Source of the DNA: a virus
Strand: one strand, 5' to 3'
Virus record (IMG/VR): IMGVR_UViG_3300030061_003724
Location: 1 to 64,000 of that record
Length of the DNA stretch: 64,000 nt
The translations under genes and the position numbers were made by a program. Under the pieces are notes generated by a model that saw only the letters and a program-made list of their open reading frames with translations, was not told the DNA's origin and did not search any database. This document shows, in pieces, positions 58,229 to 64,000 of the stretch (position 1 is the stretch's first letter; each line of letters begins with the position of its first letter).

Positions 58229-60565
58229 TTATTGTATCTCGTATAATCCTACAGGGGACATTTGAGGTTTCTTCTTATTTTGTGTAACTAGCTCACGTAA
58301 TAGTGAATTTGTTTCTTTATTATTATCTCCCATTGACATAGTTCCTGCAGGTGCTGATAGTATATCATCTCCTTTAGAAAATAAATCTGTACCTGCTACA
58401 ATAGTATCTTTATTATTTAATGCTATTGCTCCTTCAGGACCTATCAATGTTCTTTTTCCATACCCACTAGTTCCATCTCCTGCAGATAATAAATCATCTG
58501 CTTTACCCATTTCAGAATTAAAGTATGCCATACCTCCTGCTATAGCTGCTAAAGCTACAGCTACACCAATACCTAAAGTAAGTGTACCATTTAAGAATAA
58601 TGCAGCTATACCTGCTGCTGTTAATAAGGATACTACAGTTCCCATAACTGAACCAAATGAGTTAGCCCAATTTATTAAAGCTGTAAGTGGAGATAATATA
58701 AATGTTACAATATTAAGTATTCCTGTAAATAAACCTAATATTGGTTCTAATGCTGCAAATACATCAACTAGTATATCTTTTAATTTATCTACCGTTGCAT
58801 TAAATTCATCTGCAGCTGTTTGTTGTTCTAATTGGGTAGCTAATTCATCTTTACCCATTGCTCTTAATTCCTTAGCTGTTTTTCCTTGAATATCTTGTTG
58901 GAATAAAATATCAGCTAATTGATCAGCTTGCATACCCATTGCTGCTGCTAGGGCTTCTTGTTGAATAACATTCATAGCAGAGAATTCTTCGAAATCTCCT
59001 GCTTGTTCTTTTAATTCTTTTCCTAAAGTAGCTAAATCACCATTTAGAGCTGCTTGTCTTGCTTTTTCTAAATTAATATCTCTATTTAGTAACAATTCAG
59101 CTTGTAATTCATTAGCAATAGATGATTCAAAATCTAACATTGCTGCACCTGCACCTGCAACATCATCTAAGCTTCCTCCTAATAACTTAGCTTGAGTAAC
59201 AGCTTCTACCATTGCTTCAGTACTTGCTCCTAATTGAGCTCTCATAACACCCGTAATAGCTGCCGTTTCTTCTAATAATTTTCTTAGATCAAATTGAACA
59301 CCTTCTTGAACTTGCATTTCATGACTTACAGCTAGGGCGTTTTTAAATTGGTCCTCTAAATTTCCACCTGTTGAAGCAGATAACATAGCTAAACTACCTG
59401 CTGCTTCAGCTTCTAATCCTATTTGTTCTGTTAATTTTGTTGTTGTGGCTAATGTTTCAGCTGATAAACCTGATATAAATCCAAACTGTTCTGTTATAGC
59501 TTGGTAGGTTTTTAATATTTTTGATGTTGTAACATTTATATTATTTGATGCTAATGCTGCTTCACTTAACTCTGTTCTAAATAAAACAGCTTCTCTTTCA
59601 GTCATTAACAGAGTTTTCTGCATGTAAGTTGCCTGTACATTTGCTTCTTTTAAAGCTTCAAAGAACATCATAAATACAGCAACTGGACCTAGTGCGTCTT
59701 TTAGTCCTTTTGCTAACTCTTTAGCACCGGCCGCAAAAGCATTCATTTCTCCTTCGGGCAACATTCCTGTATCTACATCTGCTAAACTAAAACCTTCACC
59801 ACCTTTCTCGCCTTGTACACCTGAAAGTGCTTCCTCATCACTCAGCCCTTGGGCCTTGAGCTCATCAAACATAGCTAACCTTTTGTTATGGGCTATGTTT
59901 TGATCTATTAGTCTTTTCTTCTCCTTCTCATCTAAACCTTTAAACATTTTTTCATTCTGCTTAGCGGTTTCTATTGTTGCCGCAGCAGCATTTTCAAAAG
60001 GTTCTGATAATCCACTTAAACCTGGTATTGATTTTACTACTTTAGATATAGTACTAAACATACCTACTCCAAAAGTATCTTTAATTATCTCTTGTTCTTT
60101 TCTTATATCTCTTAAAGTTTCAAGAAATTCATCTGCTTTATTAATAGAATCCTGAGCTGCTGCTGCATCTTCAGTTAATAGCTCTCCTGTTGCTATGGCT
60201 GTTCTTAATCGTAATTTTTCTTGAGCTATTTTTTTCTTAGTAAGGTCTAATTCTTTTTCAGATATTAATTGATTAGAATTATAGGTAGTTGAAAGTTTGC
60301 TGGCTAAGCTAGATAAGCCTCTTATTGCAGATTTAGAGGAATTTAAAGCTACATTGGTTTTAGTTATTTCATCTAAATTACCTTGAAATATACCATAAAG
60401 ACCTTCTAAATTAGATTCTATATCACCTAATTCTTTTTCAAGTCCTTTTAAGTAAGCTCGTTCTTTTTCTATTTGTTTAGGATCAAATATAGAACGTTTT
60501 TTATCGAGTCGTTTTTCGAGTCGTCTTATATCTTGCTCTAACTCCTTTATTTCCTTTCTGTTCAT
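58229..60565 (-). CDS. tail tape measure protein
   Basis: Long Ala/Leu-rich helical protein with late TM segments, following the tube and chaperone genes. Confidence 0.85.
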   Translation of the reverse strand: MNRKEIKELEQDIRRLEKRLDKKRSIFDPKQIEKERAYLKGLEKELGDIESNLEGLYGIFQGNLDEITKTNVALNSSKSAIRGLSSLASKLSTTYNSNQLISEKELDLTKKKIAQEKLRLRTAIATGELLTEDAAAAQDSINKADEFLETLRDIRKEQEIIKDTFGVGMFSTISKVVKSIPGLSGLSEPFENAAAATIETAKQNEKMFKGLDEKEKKRLIDQNIAHNKRLAMFDELKAQGLSDEEALSGVQGEKGGEGFSLADVDTGMLPEGEMNAFAAGAKELAKGLKDALGPVAVFMMFFEALKEANVQATYMQKTLLMTEREAVLFRTELSEAALASNNINVTTSKILKTYQAITEQFGFISGLSAETLATTTKLTEQIGLEAEAAGSLAMLSASTGGNLEDQFKNALAVSHEMQVQEGVQFDLRKLLEETAAITGVMRAQLGASTEAMVEAVTQAKLLGGSLDDVAGAGAAMLDFESSIANELQAELLLNRDINLEKARQAALNGDLATLGKELKEQAGDFEEFSAMNVIQQEALAAAMGMQADQLADILFQQDIQGKTAKELRAMGKDELATQLEQQTAADEFNATVDKLKDILVDVFAALEPILGLFTGILNIVTFILSPLTALINWANSFGSVMGTVVSLLTAAGIAALFLNGTLTLGIGVAVALAAIAGGMAYFNSEMGKADDLLSAGDGTSGYGKRTLIGPEGAIALNNKDTIVAGTDLFSKGDDILSAPAGTMSMGDNNKETNSLLRELVTQNKKKPQMSPVGLYEIQ

Positions 60566-60593
60566 ATAGGGTAATTATATGTTATAAATATTA

Positions 60594-60908
60594 TTACTTA
60601 TAACCTGTTTTACCTTTATATGGTTTACTTGCTTCTGCAAAGGCAGGAACGTTAACTTTACCATCTTTGTTAACTAATGTTTGTTTTCCTTTACCCTTAC
60701 TAGCAGCATCATGCTGTTTCTTTTCTTCAGCGTAGTAATCTTGTATTTCTTTAAATGTAAATTTCCTTAACCATATAGGCATATTATAAATAGTATAATA
60801 ATCGTAGGCTCCTTTACTGTGGAATATGATTGAATGTAAGCTTTTAAAGAGGCTCATTCTTACCTCCTGGGCGTTCTCAGATGTCAGGCCAAAAAAACCC
60901 GATTCCAA
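60594..60908 (-). CDS. tail assembly chaperone C-terminal (GT-like) frame
   Basis: YNMPIWLR motif; frame overlaps a slippery T7 run at the end of the upstream gene. Confidence 0.65.
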   Translation of the reverse strand: MESGFFGLTSENAQEVRMSLFKSLHSIIFHSKGAYDYYTIYNMPIWLRKFTFKEIQDYYAEEKKQHDAASKGKGKQTLVNKDGKVNVPAFAEASKPYKGKTGYK

Positions 60909-61605
60909 TAGGAATTTTTACCTCCTCTCCTTCGTCAGAAGTGACATTTAAGTCAATATCTGGCTGGGTGTCTGCAACGTGCTCCCTGAACGCTCTTGAA
61001 TCAATTGCCAAGAATTGGTTATCAATATAACTTCTAACAGCTTTTCTTTCCGAGTCTCCATTTACAGACAGAATCATATATTTTAATCTTGTTGTTAAAT
61101 TAAATGATCCTTCTTTATTTAACTTTTTTAACCCGTCAATTTCTTTTTGGATCTGTCTTTCATCCTTACCATTTAAAATTTTATATGTAAGCACATCTCC
61201 TGATCTTTCTACTTTATAGGTAAATTCATTTTTACCTGCTTCTAATGATTTCTCATCAAATGGTTTATTTTCTACTTCAGTTAAATCCGCAGAATGTGTT
61301 TTTCCCATTAATCTAAATTCATATTTTTTACCATATCCTAAAATACGAGTAGCAACTAAAAGTGCATTTTTATCACCTACAATTAAATCATCTACATTAA
61401 TTTTTGAATCTACAATTACAGATGCTAATAATTTATCTAATACAGTTCCTTTTTGAATATAAGATTGATTAGAAAGAATATCTTCTTCTTTAGCAGTCAT
61501 GTATTTTATTTCTACTTTACCTGAAGATAATGGGTTTTCTTTTGAATATACCAACCCTTTAGATGGTAAGTCAATTTCTTCCGTTGGGAATTTAAATTCG
61601 CTCAT
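60877..61605 (-). CDS. tail/baseplate assembly chaperone (gp26-like)
   Basis: LPSKG..Y, MTAKEEDIL, GDKNA...R..GYG, ends FFWP; likely start ATG 61605. Confidence 0.75.
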   Translation of the reverse strand: MSEFKFPTEEIDLPSKGLVYSKENPLSSGKVEIKYMTAKEEDILSNQSYIQKGTVLDKLLASVIVDSKINVDDLIVGDKNALLVATRILGYGKKYEFRLMGKTHSADLTEVENKPFDEKSLEAGKNEFTYKVERSGDVLTYKILNGKDERQIQKEIDGLKKLNKEGSFNLTTRLKYMILSVNGDSERKAVRSYIDNQFLAIDSRAFREHVADTQPDIDLNVTSDEGEEVKIPIGIGFFWPDI

Positions 61606-61655
61606 ATAATCTTTATTTAGTTTATAACGTGTTTTATAGTTATACATATTAATAT

Positions 61656-61682
61656 AAAAAAAAAGCTTGGCAAAGCCAAGCT
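61656..61682 (-). terminator. intrinsic terminator after the tail tube gene
   Basis: AGCTTGGC-TTT-GCCAAGCT followed by a T run on the minus strand. Confidence 0.85.
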
Positions 61683-61708
61683 ATTTTCATAAAATATGTA
61701 TTTTTTTC

Positions 61709-62197
61709 TTAGAAGTTTAAGATACAATAATCTGGTTGTACTTCTAGAGAAATTTCTTGAGCAGCATTTTCAGTATCCCAATTGTAATCTCCAAAATCAG
61801 CTGATGTAATTAATGCTCCTTTAATGATCCATTCAGATACTATATCACCTACTGGTCCTAGTACGTCTAATGTTAGATCTTTTTTATAGAAATCACTATA
61901 TCCATCTCTACCTGTTACTGATTCGTGGTGTAATCTTACCCATTCCATTACTGCTTGTGCACCTGATGGAGTAATTGGGTCAAATAACGTCATTGAAATT
62001 GGAGCCCATGTAGATTTACCTTTAACAAATCTTTGAACGTTAATATGATTTAAAGCTACTGTACCTTGGTTTAATGTTACAGCTCCCATACCTTTAATTT
62101 GGTACGATGGAATCCCATCTACATAAAGAATAAATCTATTCTTTTGTTTTGGCTCAAATGCTGTAAAAAATATTTCGTTTGGGTCTAATACTGCCAT
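61709..62197 (-). CDS. tail tube protein
   Basis: FEPK..NRF, W..I..TL.DPI, W...GA; directly after the sheath gene. Confidence 0.88.
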   Translation of the reverse strand: MAVLDPNEIFFTAFEPKQKNRFILYVDGIPSYQIKGMGAVTLNQGTVALNHINVQRFVKGKSTWAPISMTLFDPITPSGAQAVMEWVRLHHESVTGRDGYSDFYKKDLTLDVLGPVGDIVSEWIIKGALITSADFGDYNWDTENAAQEISLEVQPDYCILNF

Positions 62198-62216
62198 TTT
62201 TATTGTCTTATTTTAT

Positions 62217-62225
62217 TATAAATAT
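62217..62225 (-). promoter_or_regulatory. putative late promoter ATATTTATA
   Basis: Also at 58216, 60583, 38902 and 379; variants at 61641, 21596, 15151, 40882 and 4554. Confidence 0.65.
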
Positions 62226-62240
62226 TCTATTTTTTAGTTT

Positions 62241-63998
62241 TTATGATGGAAATGTTGCTCCAGTTGGAAGAACATTGAAATCCAAAATTATAAATTCAGC
62301 TGTTTTAGTTGGTTGTAAATAAATTTGACCTACTAACTCATTTCTATCAATAACATCTGGTGTGTTATTAGTAGCATCCATTACTACTTTAAACGCATAC
62401 AATCCTTGTCTTTGTTGTACTGATTCTAAGTATGGATTTACTTGTGATAAGAAATTATTTCTTGTGCTAATTGTATTTTGTTCAAATACTAAGTTATCTG
62501 ATACTTGTACAATAAAGCTCTTAAGTGAGATTAATAATCTTCTTACATTTACTCTATCTAAAGCGCTTGCTCTTTTCTGTAATGTTTTCTGACCAAATAC
62601 TACTGTTCCACTTCCTGGGAATGTTGCAATTGGGTTAACATTTGCTTCATATAATGTATCTCTATTACCTGAAGTTAATTTTCTTTCAGCTCTGATTACA
62701 TTTCCTAAAGCACCTCTAATTAAACCTGCTGGTGCAAACCATGGGTCAGATGATGCGTCTGTAAACGCATATACGCCTGGTATAAACACTGAAGCTGGGC
62801 TCCATACAGTTTGTGCTGTACTTGGATCAATCGATTGTAACCACGGCCAATACGCAGCTGCATAACTTGAATCAAATGCGCCTGCTTGTGTAGTTACTGT
62901 GTTGATTGTTGAATTATAAGGTACTAAATCAACTACTGCTATACAATCTGTTCTGCTTTGTGCCAAGCTAACCATTTGATTAACTGGTGAAGCGTGTAAA
63001 GAGTGAATTAAACCTGGAGCTGAGATTACATTAAATTGGTAATCATCAGTATTAGTTAATAGGTTTAATGATTGAGTATAATCATTTGGACCAACCCCTT
63101 GTATGTTAGTTGATGTAATATTTTCGTTAAATTTAGCATCATTGTTTTCATAGTTACTACCTTGTCCACCTTGGAACGAACCTGATGCTACAATTGGTAA
63201 GCTATTAAAGAATGAAGATTTAGCATTTCCATTATTGTCAAAATATTGTGGTGTAGGAGTTAATACACTTGAAACTCTTACATATGCACTTCTGTTAGGA
63301 TAGTTACCATTTGTTTTAACATAATAATCTGTACCATCTTGTTCTACTGTATAGTAAGTATCTCCAATTGCTCTAGCTACATAGTTAGGAGCTGTTGGAT
63401 CCATTGATAAGTTATTATAAGACTCTAATATTGCTTTTTGGTTATTAACGTCATTACCACGTCTAATGAATAAAGCAAATTGTCCTGATGCTGTATTTTG
63501 TGAAGGAATTTCCCATCTTAAGTTATCAGCTGTACCAAGTGGCAGAGCTCCGTTAGCTAAATCTCCTGTAGATGAGTAGTTATTCATAATACTACCTTCT
63601 GATAAAGTAGATAATGTAAATGCTACACCAGTAATTATATCAGCGGATGTTAATAGTACTTCTACGTTAGTTGTACCACCTATGGTAGATGAAGGAATTG
63701 ATAAGTATTCTCCAACTGCATATCCAGTTCCTGCTGTGAATTTTATACTAGTTACTGTTTGGTCTGAACCAACAACTACTACCGCTGCTGCACTATTACT
63801 TCCACCACCACCTGTGATATCACCTGCGTTTAATGTGTAAGATCCTACTATACCATCGGATGTGTTTGTTGATATTGAACCACTAACGTTAAATTGAGTA
63901 TTTAAAGTTCCTGCTGCAGTAGCTGCATTATGGATACTTGAAGAAGCTTCACTGAATGAGCCAGTTACTACTCTAGTTACTAATAGTGACTCGCCACC
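62241..63998 (-). CDS. contractile tail sheath protein (5' end outside the window)
   Basis: PWFAPAG..RG, NPI..F, GQKT, RVNVRRLL, VFEQN, P...AEFI; frame stays open to the window edge (GGESLLVTRV). Confidence 0.95.
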   Translation of the reverse strand, partial: GGESLLVTRVVTGSFSEASSSIHNAATAAGTLNTQFNVSGSISTNTSDGIVGSYTLNAGDITGGGGSNSAAAVVVVGSDQTVTSIKFTAGTGYAVGEYLSIPSSTIGGTTNVEVLLTSADIITGVAFTLSTLSEGSIMNNYSSTGDLANGALPLGTADNLRWEIPSQNTASGQFALFIRRGNDVNNQKAILESYNNLSMDPTAPNYVARAIGDTYYTVEQDGTDYYVKTNGNYPNRSAYVRVSSVLTPTPQYFDNNGNAKSSFFNSLPIVASGSFQGGQGSNYENNDAKFNENITSTNIQGVGPNDYTQSLNLLTNTDDYQFNVISAPGLIHSLHASPVNQMVSLAQSRTDCIAVVDLVPYNSTINTVTTQAGAFDSSYAAAYWPWLQSIDPSTAQTVWSPASVFIPGVYAFTDASSDPWFAPAGLIRGALGNVIRAERKLTSGNRDTLYEANVNPIATFPGSGTVVFGQKTLQKRASALDRVNVRRLLISLKSFIVQVSDNLVFEQNTISTRNNFLSQVNPYLESVQQRQGLYAFKVVMDATNNTPDVIDRNELVGQIYLQPTKTAEFIILDFNVLPTGATFPS

Positions 63999-64000
63999 TT

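Noticed and set aside
59700-60000. GC3-rich patch in the tape measure gene as another overprinted ORF
   Set aside because: The +1 frame has several stops. This counter-example shows that codon-anomalous patches can have other causes.

Overview
This is a 64 kb segment of a large, strongly AT-rich myovirus-type phage genome. Essentially every real gene is on the minus strand and the standard genetic code is used. A Bacteroidota (probably Flavobacteriia) host is inferred from repeated TTG-N18-CGTATATT promoters, A-rich starts without Shine-Dalgarno sequences and Bacteroidota-type lipoboxes. In transcription order (right to left) the window carries: (1) a contractile tail module (sheath running off the right edge, tube, chaperone pair, tape measure, baseplate); (2) a replication block (compact PolA-like protein, gp32-like SSB, RecA/UvsX, 5'-3' exonuclease, DnaB helicase, NrdB/NrdA); (3) a late envelope/lysis module including an outer-membrane beta-barrel; (4) a 7-deazaguanine DNA-modification cluster (DpdA-like, QueC, QueD, QueE, FolE, plus a PRTase and a MazG-like enzyme) interleaved with tRNAs; (5) a split family-B DNA polymerase, sliding clamp, Hsp20/GroES/GroEL and clamp loader; (6) a glycosylation island, DNA ligase and small early genes. 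The most notable observations are: a lipoprotein between nrdB and nrdA whose motifs line up with eukaryote-type GH7 cellulases; a recurring set of +1-frame ORFs, several encoding membrane peptides, hidden in codon-anomalous patches of core genes; a tRNA body whose anticodon loop is replaced by 76 nt; a mini-CorA; Que enzymes with non-canonical metal sites; and a probable +1/-2 tail-chaperone frameshift. All calls come from motif recognition by eye; no database searches were run.
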